DNA of 64,000 nt, taken from NCBI GenBank assembly GCA_963665815.1, contig OY762463.1, positions 384,001 to 448,000 on the forward strand, written 5' to 3'. A program made the translations under genes and the position numbers. The first letter of the stretch is position 1; the number at the start of each line of letters is the position of its first letter. Below are positions 1 to 10,094 of the stretch, piece after piece. Under the pieces are notes generated by a model. It was not told the DNA's origin. It worked only from the letters and a program-made list of their open reading frames with translations, and did no database searches. The stretch comes from Candidatus Cloacimonadales bacterium. Lineage in GTDB: Bacteria > Cloacimonadota > Cloacimonadia > Cloacimonadales > JAIOQZ01.

Positions 1-955
1 CTCTGCAATTATCTAATTTAGTAACATCAACTGTTATCATGTCCATGCTTACTTTTCCAATAACAGGACATTCCGTATTATTAATTAAAACTATTCCCTT
101 ATTAGACAACAAATAGTCATAACCATCGGCGTAACCAATAGGAATAACTGCATACTTAATGTGATCTCTCACTTGATATGTTTTGTTATATCCTATATAT
201 TCACCGGGGTCGGCAGACTTGATGAGACTCACTTCAGACTCAAAAATCATTACAGGTTTAAGATTCAGTTTCTCTCTCAGTTCATCAGTTGAATATATTC
301 CGTAGGACAGAAGACCAATTCTTACCATATTAGCAATGTTATTGCTTATGTTAATCATTCCTGCACTATTCGAAATATGAATATACTCAGGTTTGAATTT
401 CAGTTCTGATAATATCTCTTCAAACTTTTTCAGTTGATAACTTGAATATTCTATGTCATTCTCACTTGCAGAATAATGTGAGAAAACTCCCTGTATGTCT
501 ATGTTCTTGAGTTTTGAAGTTTTTTCTATCAGCTCAAGAGACTTTATATATTGAACTCCACTTCGTCCCATACCTGTATCAATATTTATATGAACAGGAT
601 ATAAAGAGCTGAGAACAGAGTTAAACTCTTCGGCAAACTCAATATCTGAAATGGATGGTATTAAGTTGAAACTGATTATATCAGATATCTCTGATTTTAA
701 TGAGGGAGAAAGAATAAGAATTGGAGCTGCAATACCTTGATACCTTAAGAATGTACCTTCTTCAGCATTTGCAACTCCCAGAAATTTTACATTGTTTTCA
801 AGTGCAGTTTCAGCAATCTCAAGAGCACCATGACCATAGGCATCTGCTTTCACAATCTGCATAATCTCTGTCTCAGGAGAAATGAATGCTTTCAATTCCC
901 GGAGGTTATGCTCGTAGTTATCGAGATTTATCTTTAATCTGCTTCTTCTGTTCAT
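1..955 (-). CDS. alr: Alanine racemase (runs off the left edge)
   Basis: Not in the ORF track. Manual translation from ATG at 955: MNRRSRLKINLDNYEHNL...IVKADAYGHGA (PLP-lysine motif), then HINIDTGMGRSG and PIGYADGY. Confidence 0.95.
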   Translation of the reverse strand, partial: MNRRSRLKINLDNYEHNLRELKAFISPETEIMQIVKADAYGHGALEIAETALENNVKFLGVANAEEGTFLRYQGIAAPILILSPSLKSEISDIISFNLIPSISDIEFAEEFNSVLSSLYPVHINIDTGMGRSGVQYIKSLELIEKTSKLKNIDIQGVFSHYSASENDIEYSSYQLKKFEEILSELKFKPEYIHISNSAGMINISNNIANMVRIGLLSYGIYSTDELREKLNLKPVMIFESEVSLIKSADPGEYIGYNKTYQVRDHIKYAVIPIGYADGYDYLLSNKGIVLINNTECPVIGKVSMDMITVDVTKLDNCR

Positions 956-2299
956 CTATTTAAAATATTTCGCTGCAATGTCTGCAAGATGTGATCTTTC
1001 ACCTTTTACAAGGGTTACATGTCCAACAACATCTTCATATTTAAGTTTCTCAACAGCGGTACTCAAACCATTTGATTCTGAGTCAAGATAAGGGATATCT
1101 ATCTGGTATGGATCTCCAGTTAACACAATTTTAGTGCCTTCACCTGCACGAGTTATAATAGTTTTCATTTCGTGAGGAGAAAGATTCTGGGCTTCGTCAA
1201 TTACAATGTATTGATTTGGCAGAGATCTACCTCTGATGTAAGTAAGCGGTTCCAACTCAATAAATCCGAAATCAAGATAGTCTTCTATTGTAGGTCTTTT
1301 TTTACTGAAAACCTTCCCATTAGACATACCGTCAATCTTGTCACTTTTACCTGAAATCAGGATATCCATATTGTCATGAATTGGCTGCATCCATGGTTTA
1401 AACTTATCTGCTTTTGAACCAGGAAGAAAACCAAGATCTTTACCAAGTGGAAAGATTGGTCTGGAAACAACAAGTCTTGTGTACTTGCTTTCTTCTACAA
1501 CCTGATTCAATCCGGCAGCCATAGCGAGTAATGTTTTACCGGTTCCCGCCTGTCCAACAAGACTTACAAGCTTTACATTTTCATCACAGAGAAGATCCAG
1601 AGCACATCTTTGTTCCTCGTTCCTTGGAGTGATTCCGAATATTTCTCCACTTTTACAGCTTTTAAGTGGATATAAAGTTTTATTGGCTTCGTTGTATCTT
1701 GTTAAAATACTGTCTTCTTTATAGTAAACTTTTACAAACTCATTTGGAAAGTATTTTTCTCCCTGAACATTCAGATAGTCATTTCTCATTAACGAATCAA
1801 ATGTTTTTTGAACTACACGTTTTTCTCTGATTCCTGTATAAAGTTCATCAAACTTAATCTTGTCATGTTCGTAGTTTTCTGAATCAATACCAAGTGCATT
1901 TGCTTTTATTCTGACATTTGCATCTTTAGAAATGAGCCATACAGCTTTATCCGGATATTTATCCTTCATATTTATTGCAGTGCTGAGTATCCTGTTATCA
2001 TTATTGTCTTCCATTTTATAGCCGGAGATTGATTTTGCAACAGTATTAGCAAGAGTAACTTTAATAATTCCGTCGTGTGGAGTGGCAACGCCTTCCTGAA
2101 GAGAACCTTTTGTTCTGAGATCATCCAGAATTCTACCAATTTGTCTGGCGTTTCTGCCTTTTTCATCCTGACCTTTTTTAAAATTATCAATTTCCTCAAT
2201 TACTGTAATAGGAATAACAACTTCATTATCCTCAAAGCTGAACAATGCCTGAGGATTATGAATTAATACATTTGTGTCTAAAACAAAAATCTTTTTCAT
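956..2299 (-). CDS. PIN-domain PhoH-family ATPase (PhoH2/YlaK-like)
   Basis: N-terminal VLDTNVL PIN motif and DNRIL; GQAGTGKT Walker A; YIRGRS, IDEAQN, GDPYQID PhoH motifs. Confidence 0.93.
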   Translation of the reverse strand: MKKIFVLDTNVLIHNPQALFSFEDNEVVIPITVIEEIDNFKKGQDEKGRNARQIGRILDDLRTKGSLQEGVATPHDGIIKVTLANTVAKSISGYKMEDNNDNRILSTAINMKDKYPDKAVWLISKDANVRIKANALGIDSENYEHDKIKFDELYTGIREKRVVQKTFDSLMRNDYLNVQGEKYFPNEFVKVYYKEDSILTRYNEANKTLYPLKSCKSGEIFGITPRNEEQRCALDLLCDENVKLVSLVGQAGTGKTLLAMAAGLNQVVEESKYTRLVVSRPIFPLGKDLGFLPGSKADKFKPWMQPIHDNMDILISGKSDKIDGMSNGKVFSKKRPTIEDYLDFGFIELEPLTYIRGRSLPNQYIVIDEAQNLSPHEMKTIITRAGEGTKIVLTGDPYQIDIPYLDSESNGLSTAVEKLKYEDVVGHVTLVKGERSHLADIAAKYFK

Positions 2300-2332
2300 A
2301 TTGTCTCCAATTGATACTCAAACAAAATTATG

Positions 2333-2908
2333 TTATTGTATGCTTTTCTTTAAATCTTCTGGTGTATTTATATTATGTAAGATACTGCAATCTTCCGTTC
2401 TAAGCAAATCTGTTGAATCAATTTTATTAATAACGGATTTCAAATTATCAGTCATTTCAGCATTCTCAACAGCTTTAAGAGCTTCCGGTTTAAGTACAAC
2501 CGGATGTCCAAATCTTTTTCTGTCAAGTTCAACAAAAGGAATTACAACATCTTTTTCAGTTATAAAATCCTTCATATTTTTCAACACAGTTTCAGTTACA
2601 AACGGGCAGTCTACGGGGTGTATAAATGTCTGATATTCTCCATTGAGTAGAGTTATTCCGGTTTTCACGGAAGAAAACATTCCAAGTTCTCTGTTATTGT
2701 TGAGGATTATGCTGCAACTATAGTTCTGTAGAGCTTCTGTAACCGATTTATGATTATCTCCTGTTACAACAATAATCTTATCTGCAATATTTTCATATTT
2801 TTTTACAATATGTACAATAAAAGGCTTATCTTTAAATGTTGTCAAAGCTTTATCTTCACCCATTCTTGATGACTTACCTGCACATAAAATTACAACTGCT
2901 GTTTTCAA
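2333..2908 (-). CDS. MobA/MocA-like nucleotidyltransferase
   Basis: ILCAGKSSRMGEDKAL, GMFSSV, PVDCP and GHPV motifs. Confidence 0.85.
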   Translation of the reverse strand: MKTAVVILCAGKSSRMGEDKALTTFKDKPFIVHIVKKYENIADKIIVVTGDNHKSVTEALQNYSCSIILNNNRELGMFSSVKTGITLLNGEYQTFIHPVDCPFVTETVLKNMKDFITEKDVVIPFVELDRKRFGHPVVLKPEALKAVENAEMTDNLKSVINKIDSTDLLRTEDCSILHNINTPEDLKKSIQ

Positions 2909-2914
2909 TATAGC

Positions 2915-3442
2915 CTACTTGACGAGTTTGGATATGTCCTTAAATTGAGGGATATTTGCATCTTGTATCATCTCGAAAATAAACATTTCTGTCGAAGATA
3001 TAATACATCCTTCCTGTCTCAGTCTGTTAATTGCAATATCTTTGTTCTCCATTGTTCTGGAGGAAACAGCATCAGCTATCACGTATACATCAAAGCCTTT
3101 CTTTTTTGCGTCAAGAGCGGTTTGAGTAATACAAATATGAGCCTCAATACCATATATAACAACATTGGTTTTTCTATGAATAAATCTGTCTATTTTGTCA
3201 TCAAAGATACTGAAACGGGTTTTTATGAATGGTTTGGCATGAGATGGCACATATATATCTTCCAGTGTTTTTCCAAGTCCCTCAGGGTATTGCTCAGTAA
3301 CGAATATAGGTATGTTCTGCATTTCTGCAAACTTATTTAAAATAGAGCTGTTTTTAATAATTTTGTCCATTTCAGGTATTACATTTCTGAATTTTTCCTG
3401 AATATCAACCATCAGGAAAAGTGTGTTTTTTGACGTAATCAT
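2915..3442 (-). CDS. Isochorismatase-family cysteine hydrolase (YcaC-like)
   Basis: VDIQEK, TEQYPEGLG, KTRFS, GIEAHICI and DAVSSR motifs. Confidence 0.9.
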   Translation of the reverse strand: MITSKNTLFLMVDIQEKFRNVIPEMDKIIKNSSILNKFAEMQNIPIFVTEQYPEGLGKTLEDIYVPSHAKPFIKTRFSIFDDKIDRFIHRKTNVVIYGIEAHICITQTALDAKKKGFDVYVIADAVSSRTMENKDIAINRLRQEGCIISSTEMFIFEMIQDANIPQFKDISKLVK

Positions 3443-3477
3443 CTATTCTCCTTAGTAATCAAAAAATAATATATATA

Positions 3478-3522
3478 TTGACATAACTAATTACCTTAAT
3501 TAGTTAATTATTAATATGTCAA
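3478..3522. promoter_or_regulatory. Divergent promoter region with a perfect inverted repeat
   Basis: TTGACA at 3478 (+) and TGTCAA at 3517 (TTGACA on -) bracket TAACTAATTA-cct-TAATTAGTTA (3484-3506) between divergent genes. Confidence 0.5.
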
Positions 3523-3553
3523 TAGATTTAAATAAAAATATTGGATTGAATGC

Positions 3554-5194
3554 ATGATGAGAGGAAATATGAAAGATAAATTAACGGGAAACAATAATTC
3601 CAGCGATAATATAACAAGTAATCAGATACAGCATTTTAAGAATTTGACAAATATTGGTATAGCATTGTCAGTGGAAAAAGATACTGACAAAGTTTTTGAT
3701 CTTATACTGGAAGAAGCACTTCTCTTTACAAATGCCGATGGTGCAACAATATATACATTGTCAGATGATCGTAAAAAACTGGATTTCAAGCTTGTTTATA
3801 ACAGAACAATGAATATTATCATGGGTGGTAAACACTCTGATATTACATGGCCAAGCCTTGTTCTGAAAGAGGAAGATGGAGCTGAAAGTCACAAAAACAT
3901 GGCTACTTATGCAGCAAATACAGGTAAGGCAGTTAAGTTCGATGATGTATACAAGCAAACCATGTTTGACAACTCCGGCACAAAAAAGTTCGATGAAATG
4001 AATAATTATCGTTCTAAGTCAATGGTGGCAATTCCTCTCAAGGATCATGAAGACGATATTCTCGGAGTTATTCAGTTAATCAATCCAACTGATGCTGAAG
4101 GCAAAATTATTACATTTACAGATGATCACATGGAACTCTTGTCTTCTCTTTCTTCTATTACAGCTATGATAATGACAAACAGAAAGCTGATAGAGGGTCT
4201 TGAATCACTATTACACCAATTCATCAGGTCTATCGCAAAAACAATTGACCGTAAATCTAAATATACCGGTGGACATATCGCACGTGTTGCACTTTTAACT
4301 GAGAAGATTGCTGAAAGAATCAATACTACTAATAGAGGCTATTACAGAAATATTTTCTTTGATGATAACGAGATGAAAGAAATCAGCATGTCCGGCTGGA
4401 TGCATGATCTCGGTAAAATTATCACTCCTGAATGCATCATGGATAAAGGCACTAAGCTGGAATGTATCAATGATAGAATAGATCATGTTAAAACTCGGTT
4501 CAGTATGATAAAATCATTGATTAAGAAAGATATTAAAATAAAAGAAATTCAGAATGAAGATGCCGGTCATTTGAAAGATTTGCTTGCACAACTTCAAGAG
4601 GATCAGGTATTTATAGAACAGTGTAACATCGGTTCAGAGTTTATGGAGGACTGGGAGCTTGACAGAATTAAGAGTATTGCAGATTTCAGATACACATCAG
4701 ATGGTGAAACATATCACCTGATCAGTGAAGATGAATCTCGCAATCTTTGCATCAGAAAAGGAACTCTTCTTGGTGAAGAATTCGCTAAAATGAAGGAACA
4801 TGCTTCTGTTACAGCTTCAATGCTTAGTGAGTTGAGTTTCCCGCATAAATATGAAAATGTTGCTTTGTATGCATCTTCTCACCATGAGAAGATAAACGGA
4901 AAAGGTTATCCTGCCGGACTTTCCGGTGAAAAACTTCCGTTGCAGGCAAGAATAATTGCTGTCGCAGATTTGTTTGAAGCTTTGACAGCTGTTGACAGAC
5001 CTTATAAAAAAGGTAAAAAGCTTACGGAAGCTTTGACAATTATGGCATTCATGGCTAAAGATGGTGAGATTGATAAAAATCTGCTTGATTTGTTTATTGA
5101 TGAAAAAATGTATATTGATTATGCTGAAAAATACCTTGTAAAGGCTCAGATAGATGATGTTGATACTCGTGTGATAAAAGCATTATACAGATAA
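3554..5194 (+). CDS. GAF + HD-GYP cyclic-dinucleotide phosphodiesterase
   Basis: GAF motifs (ADGATIY, SMVAIPL, GVIQLIN); MHDLGK, HHEKINGKGYP, ADLFEALT and RPYK. Real start may be 3569 (RBS gagagga). Confidence 0.9.
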   Translation: MMRGNMKDKLTGNNNSSDNITSNQIQHFKNLTNIGIALSVEKDTDKVFDLILEEALLFTNADGATIYTLSDDRKKLDFKLVYNRTMNIIMGGKHSDITWPSLVLKEEDGAESHKNMATYAANTGKAVKFDDVYKQTMFDNSGTKKFDEMNNYRSKSMVAIPLKDHEDDILGVIQLINPTDAEGKIITFTDDHMELLSSLSSITAMIMTNRKLIEGLESLLHQFIRSIAKTIDRKSKYTGGHIARVALLTEKIAERINTTNRGYYRNIFFDDNEMKEISMSGWMHDLGKIITPECIMDKGTKLECINDRIDHVKTRFSMIKSLIKKDIKIKEIQNEDAGHLKDLLAQLQEDQVFIEQCNIGSEFMEDWELDRIKSIADFRYTSDGETYHLISEDESRNLCIRKGTLLGEEFAKMKEHASVTASMLSELSFPHKYENVALYASSHHEKINGKGYPAGLSGEKLPLQARIIAVADLFEALTAVDRPYKKGKKLTEALTIMAFMAKDGEIDKNLLDLFIDEKMYIDYAEKYLVKAQIDDVDTRVIKALYR

Positions 5195-5205
5195 AGAGAG
5201 AAAAA

Positions 5206-5937
5206 ATGAAACCTGTTGCCCTTGGTCAGAAAAGATATAGAGAGATTATAAAGTATCAATCTAAACGAAACAGAAAGAAAGATCGACTTGTTGTTGTTTC
5301 GGGAGAAAGATTGATGGAACAGCTTGCTGAAAAGAATGTGTTTCCAATTGAGGTGTTTGCAGTAGAGAAACGGCAGAAGTATCTCAGTATGTACTCTAAA
5401 TGCAAAACATTCTACTCTGTCAGTGAATCACAGATGAAGAGAATAACAGATGTTGTTACTCCACAGAAGATTGCAGGATTATATTTTACCGGAAGACGCA
5501 ATCAGGAGAAATCTGATAGATACGTCTATCTGGATAATATTAGTGATCCTGGAAATCTTGGTACAATTTTGAGAACAGCCTGTGCATTTGATTTACCTGT
5601 TTTAGTTTCCGATAGTTGCGCTGAACTGTACAATCCCAAAGTTGTCAGATCATCCATGGGAGCAGCTTTGTATCACAGTATAAAGCCTGTGAAGCTTAGT
5701 GAGTTCAAGTCTGATTATAAGATATATCTCGCAGATATGAACGGTACGAACATGAATGAAGTGAATGTTACTGATGAAAAATGGATATTGGTAATTGGCT
5801 CGGAAGCTCACGGACTTTCTGATTCCGTAAGAGAGCTTGGAGATGAAATTGTGTCTATCCCTATAGGGGATTCTATGGAATCTTTGAATGCATCAGTTGC
5901 AGCAGGAATTTTGATAAATAGATTTGTAACAAAATGA
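5206..5937 (+). CDS. TrmH/SpoU-family RNA methyltransferase
   Basis: DPGNLGTILRT, GSEAHGL and ESLNASVAAGI. Confidence 0.92.
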   Translation: MKPVALGQKRYREIIKYQSKRNRKKDRLVVVSGERLMEQLAEKNVFPIEVFAVEKRQKYLSMYSKCKTFYSVSESQMKRITDVVTPQKIAGLYFTGRRNQEKSDRYVYLDNISDPGNLGTILRTACAFDLPVLVSDSCAELYNPKVVRSSMGAALYHSIKPVKLSEFKSDYKIYLADMNGTNMNEVNVTDEKWILVIGSEAHGLSDSVRELGDEIVSIPIGDSMESLNASVAAGILINRFVTK

Positions 5938-6896
5938 ATAACATTATTAATGATATAAAGAAAGGTGTGGTTTTTTTGGCACCTTTGGCAGGATTTACTG
6001 ATCTGCCTTTCAGGATACTGTGCAAGATGAACGGGGCAGATGTACTTGTTACCGAAATGGTCAGTGCTGACGGTGTTATCAGAGATCAAAGCAAAACTCT
6101 TGATTATACTGTTTTCAGAGAGATAGAAAGACCTCTGGGAATTCAGTTATTTGGGTCTGATCCTCTGATTATGGCAAAAGCTGTAGAGAAACTGCTGCCC
6201 GATAAACCGGATTTCTTTGATGTTAACATGGGTTGTCCGGTTAAAAAGGTTGCAAAACGCTTTGCCGGGTCAGCATTAATGAAAACAGGCGAAATTGCAG
6301 GAGCTATAGTGCGTGAAATGAAACGGGCTCTCTCAGGAACTGATATTCCATTGTCTGTTAAAATCCGATCCGGCTGGGACGCAAACTCAATCAACGCTGT
6401 TGATTTTGCTAAATGCCTGGAAGACTCCGGTGCGGACTTTTTAACAGTTCACCCGAGAACAAGAGCTCAGATGTATTCCGGGGAAGCTGACCATAATGTA
6501 ACTGCTGCGGTAGTTGCAAATGTTTCCATTCCGGTTGTTGCAAATGGAGATATCAGAACTGTGGAGGATGCTGACAAAGTTAAAAAACTTACAGGCTGCT
6601 CATCACTGATGATAGGTCGGGGAGCCTTGGGCAAACCATGGATTTTTGATCAAATTAAACAATATTACTTGACTGGTGAGGTGAAGGAGTATTCTAAAGA
6701 GTTCAAGCTTGAAACGCTTAGAAAGCACCTTGAGCTGGCTATAGGTTATAAAGATACAAAAAAAACTGTTGTTGATCTGCGTTCTCATTTAGCTTATTAT
6801 ACAAAAGGTACTAAAGGTGGATCCAGAATCAGAGCTTTCATCAATAAATCGGAAAGTATGGATGATATTTACGAAGCAGTTGCTGAATTATGGTAA
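5934..6896 (+). CDS. dusB: tRNA-dihydrouridine synthase B
   Basis: LAPLAG, TEMVS, NMGCP, VKIRSGW, VHPRT, NGDI and MIGRG. Confidence 0.93.
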   Translation: MNNIINDIKKGVVFLAPLAGFTDLPFRILCKMNGADVLVTEMVSADGVIRDQSKTLDYTVFREIERPLGIQLFGSDPLIMAKAVEKLLPDKPDFFDVNMGCPVKKVAKRFAGSALMKTGEIAGAIVREMKRALSGTDIPLSVKIRSGWDANSINAVDFAKCLEDSGADFLTVHPRTRAQMYSGEADHNVTAAVVANVSIPVVANGDIRTVEDADKVKKLTGCSSLMIGRGALGKPWIFDQIKQYYLTGEVKEYSKEFKLETLRKHLELAIGYKDTKKTVVDLRSHLAYYTKGTKGGSRIRAFINKSESMDDIYEAVAELW

Positions 6897-6912
6897 TAAA
6901 GGTTTTTAATAA

Positions 6913-7809
6913 ATGAATACAATAGAAAATATTATCTGGCAATCAAAATTCGAAGCAAAAAAGAACTGGCTTAAAGCTGTAAAAATACTTGAAGACGGAG
7001 TTATAGAATTCGGAGCTGATGTTGACTTGTTCCTTCAGTTAGCCGATGTTTACTCCGCGAAAAAGATTTATAAAAAAGCTATAGAATACTACCAGAAGGC
7101 ATCCGAACTTGATACAGAGAACATGAATATCCTGTTCAGATTGGGAAATTGCTATCTGTCCATGAACGAAATTACTGTTGCTTTGTATTATTATGACAAG
7201 ATAGAGCCGATGTTCCCGGAAGCAATGTACAACAAAGCTATTGCCTATTCCAAGAAAGGAAAACTTCTTCAGTCAATCAAAGTTCTGGAAGATATTGCCA
7301 AAATGAAACCTGACTCCGAGTTACCTTATTTCTTCCTGATAGAACAATACCTTTCCAGTAAAGAGTATAATAAGGCTATCGAAAAGCTGAATGTTGTTGA
7401 AACCAAATTCGGTAAAAACGGTAAGGTCTGCTTTCTGAGAGGAATAGCTTATTCATATCTGAAAAACTGGCTTAAGGCTTATATCGAGTTTCAGGCTGCT
7501 GAGAAGCTGAAATACAGCACAGCAAATTATTTTCGTGCTTACGGCATTACTGCTTCCAAGATAGGGAAGAGCAACCAGGCTGTCGATCTTCTGCTGGAAA
7601 GCATCAAACTGGAACCATTCAACCTGGCAACATATCTGGATTTGATCAACATCTATATCACGCAGGAGAGACTTCTTGAAGCATATAAAATTGTAGAACA
7701 TGCTAAAAGGATAGGTCCTTTCTCCGATGCCCTCTCACTTATCCATAATAAAATCATCCACATGATCAAGAAAAAGTACGGAGATTCTCATCCGATCTTT
7801 GATGATTAG
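6913..7809 (+). CDS. TPR-repeat protein
   Basis: Repeated helical TPR patterns (LADVY..KK.YKKAIEYYQKA). Confidence 0.8.
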   Translation: MNTIENIIWQSKFEAKKNWLKAVKILEDGVIEFGADVDLFLQLADVYSAKKIYKKAIEYYQKASELDTENMNILFRLGNCYLSMNEITVALYYYDKIEPMFPEAMYNKAIAYSKKGKLLQSIKVLEDIAKMKPDSELPYFFLIEQYLSSKEYNKAIEKLNVVETKFGKNGKVCFLRGIAYSYLKNWLKAYIEFQAAEKLKYSTANYFRAYGITASKIGKSNQAVDLLLESIKLEPFNLATYLDLINIYITQERLLEAYKIVEHAKRIGPFSDALSLIHNKIIHMIKKKYGDSHPIFDD

Positions 7810-7890
7810 GACTTGGAAGAGCATATCCTGTAAGAGCCTGTGTAGAACTGAGTTCCTTTGTATGAGTCGTAGAAACGTATAGGTATCATT

Positions 7891-7915
7891 TAGCTGCTGC
7901 ATGCAACGGCTATAC
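7891..7915. repeat. Dispersed REP-like palindrome related to those at the RAYT locus
   Basis: tagctgctgcatgcaacggctatac matches 21/25 nt of tagctgatgcatgcatcagctctac at 45828. Confidence 0.6.
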
Positions 7916-8158
7916 ATCAATCACATTCTCTGCAACTCTGCTTGATGCGTATAGGCAAACGGACGATTCCTCAAAATACACCTTTGGATGGTTGAAAACC
8001 TTCCCAATGGGGTGGATATTCTAACTTTTTTTTGCGAGTTATATCTTCGCATTGACAAAGATAATTTTCCTCAAGCTTATGATAGAAACCAACCAATTCC
8101 ACCTATTGCATTTGACTGGATATATTCTTATACATTTTCCGTATCTACTAATCCCCTT

Positions 8159-8575
8159 CTAATCTATCTTCAGAAGTTCAACCTCGAATTTCAGATCAGC
8201 ATTAGGGGGAATCACACTGCCTGCACCACGAGTTCCATATCCAAGTCTGGAAGGAATAACAAGACGTCGTTTCTCACCGACTTTCATACCAAGGATTCCC
8301 AGCTCCCAGCCTCGAATTACTTTACCTTTTCCAATTGTGAATTTGAAGGGGCTTTTACCGATAGATGTATCAAAAAGGGTGCCATCCATAAGCCATCCGG
8401 TGTAGTTCATTATTAGCCTGTCATTATTCTGTACTCCACGACCTTCACCCTGTTTAAGAATTGTTATCTCAATGCCGGTATCAGTTACCCAGCGATTTTT
8501 GGATATTTTTTTTCCTGAACTACATGCTCCAAGTATTAGTATTGCACTGATAAGTAATAATAAGGTTTTTTTCAT
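8159..8575 (-). CDS. FKBP-type peptidyl-prolyl isomerase, lipoprotein
   Basis: Lipobox LGAC; YTGWL.DGT.FD, VIRGWE, GYG and IPPNADLKFEVEL. Confidence 0.93.
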   Translation of the reverse strand: MKKTLLLLISAILILGACSSGKKISKNRWVTDTGIEITILKQGEGRGVQNNDRLIMNYTGWLMDGTLFDTSIGKSPFKFTIGKGKVIRGWELGILGMKVGEKRRLVIPSRLGYGTRGAGSVIPPNADLKFEVELLKID

Positions 8576-8655
8576 AATTTTCTCCTTTATCTGAGATAAC
8601 TTTAAATTTAGTGTTGAATGTCAATGAAAATTGAATAGTCTCTGAAAATCTATTA

Positions 8656-10065
8656 CTAATTTATAGTATCCTGATCAATTGATTTAGCTGCAATATCAAG
8701 ATATTTCTTAGAAAGGTTATAGTAATTATACATAGAGAATTTCATTGATAGTTTTTCCGAATCACTTTTCTTTAATCTGGATTTCTCCAGAATAATACTA
8801 TAAAGCGTATCAGCAATTTCGGGTGAGTTGTTTCTTAAATGAAAATCAGCCAATATTTGATAACTTCTGAAACACTTGGGTTTAAACCCAAACAAGAGAT
8901 TTCTGTATTTTTCTTTGTCAGATGATTTTCCATTCTCTGCAAGCTGAATATAGGTATTCAGTATCGTAATCTCAGGATTTTCAAAGCTTATGTATGGTTT
9001 ACCTGATTTAAATACTTTTCTGGTCTTGCTCTTGGGTTTCGAATACACATTTTCCGAGACTTGCTCTTTATGTCTGAAGATACTTTCAAATTTCTCATTG
9101 TGCATTATATAATCATCGGGATTGTTGTTCAGGATAAGCTCACATAACTTCAGTGTTTGCTCTGTGAGCCAACGCAGCATTATACTATCTCCTTTTTGGT
9201 CAAAATACATTATTGCCTGACAGAATGTTAGACTTTCATTACCGGAAACATTTTGGGATTTAGATATTTTTTCATAAAGTGAGTTCACAAAGTTTGTCAC
9301 ATGTTTCTTGTAATCACTTGAATCTTTTGAATGTTTTCTGTAAAATCCCTGTAACATAAAGTTTGCATATTGCTCAAACTGTTTTTCCCTGCTGAATTCA
9401 ATGAGTAATTTCTCTTTCATATCCTCATCATACATACTGAGAATACTATTCACATAAACCCTGTTAATACTTTCTCTATTAGTACTTAGTTGCGCAGCAG
9501 ATTCAAGATATGCTCTGGATTCGCTTAGCATATCAATCTTATAGTAAATGGCTGCAAGCTGAATGTAATAGTCAGCACGAATCCCCTGTTCCTTCTTACC
9601 AAATTTCATCAGATTATCCTCAAAGGTCTGAAGCACTTCTATAGCCCTTTTCCTTTTATTCAAATGAACAGCATAAATCTCTGCGAGGTAACCATACGCC
9701 TGAAAATGAAATGATTTACGTTCTATAGCTTTCTCAAAGCATATTATAGCTTCGTCAAAACGTTTCCATTCAATGTAAATTTGTCCTAACCCCTCATATG
9801 CAAAACGGAATTCTGGATCAATTACCTTAGCCTTTAAGTACATTTTTTCAGCATTAGTGTAGTCTTTACTCCGCAAGTATCGGTCACCAAGTTCTACATA
9901 GGGGACAGGTGAAGATGGATCTGATTTGACAAACTCCCTCAGCTCATTAATCTTCATCCTGCGGTATTGCTCGATTTCACTATTGTACAACTGATTGGCT
10001 GACAAAACAGATATTGTACATACAAACACTGCAACAAGCACACTTAGTCTTATCAGACTCCTCAT
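8656..10065 (-). CDS. Secreted TPR protein, array paralog 5
   Basis: Signal peptide followed by the shared module YN.EI..YR.M...SP.PYVELG..FRFAYEGLG..FEKAIERKS.HF..LQTFE. Confidence 0.8.
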   Translation of the reverse strand: MRSLIRLSVLVAVFVCTISVLSANQLYNSEIEQYRRMKINELREFVKSDPSSPVPYVELGDRYLRSKDYTNAEKMYLKAKVIDPEFRFAYEGLGQIYIEWKRFDEAIICFEKAIERKSFHFQAYGYLAEIYAVHLNKRKRAIEVLQTFEDNLMKFGKKEQGIRADYYIQLAAIYYKIDMLSESRAYLESAAQLSTNRESINRVYVNSILSMYDEDMKEKLLIEFSREKQFEQYANFMLQGFYRKHSKDSSDYKKHVTNFVNSLYEKISKSQNVSGNESLTFCQAIMYFDQKGDSIMLRWLTEQTLKLCELILNNNPDDYIMHNEKFESIFRHKEQVSENVYSKPKSKTRKVFKSGKPYISFENPEITILNTYIQLAENGKSSDKEKYRNLLFGFKPKCFRSYQILADFHLRNNSPEIADTLYSIILEKSRLKKSDSEKLSMKFSMYNYYNLSKKYLDIAAKSIDQDTIN

Positions 10066-10094
10066 TACTCCTCCTTATGCTGAATCGGGAAGGT

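Noticed and set aside
7988-8416. 142-aa plus-strand ORF
   Set aside because: Largely antisense to the clear FKBP gene, with no recognisable motif or RBS.
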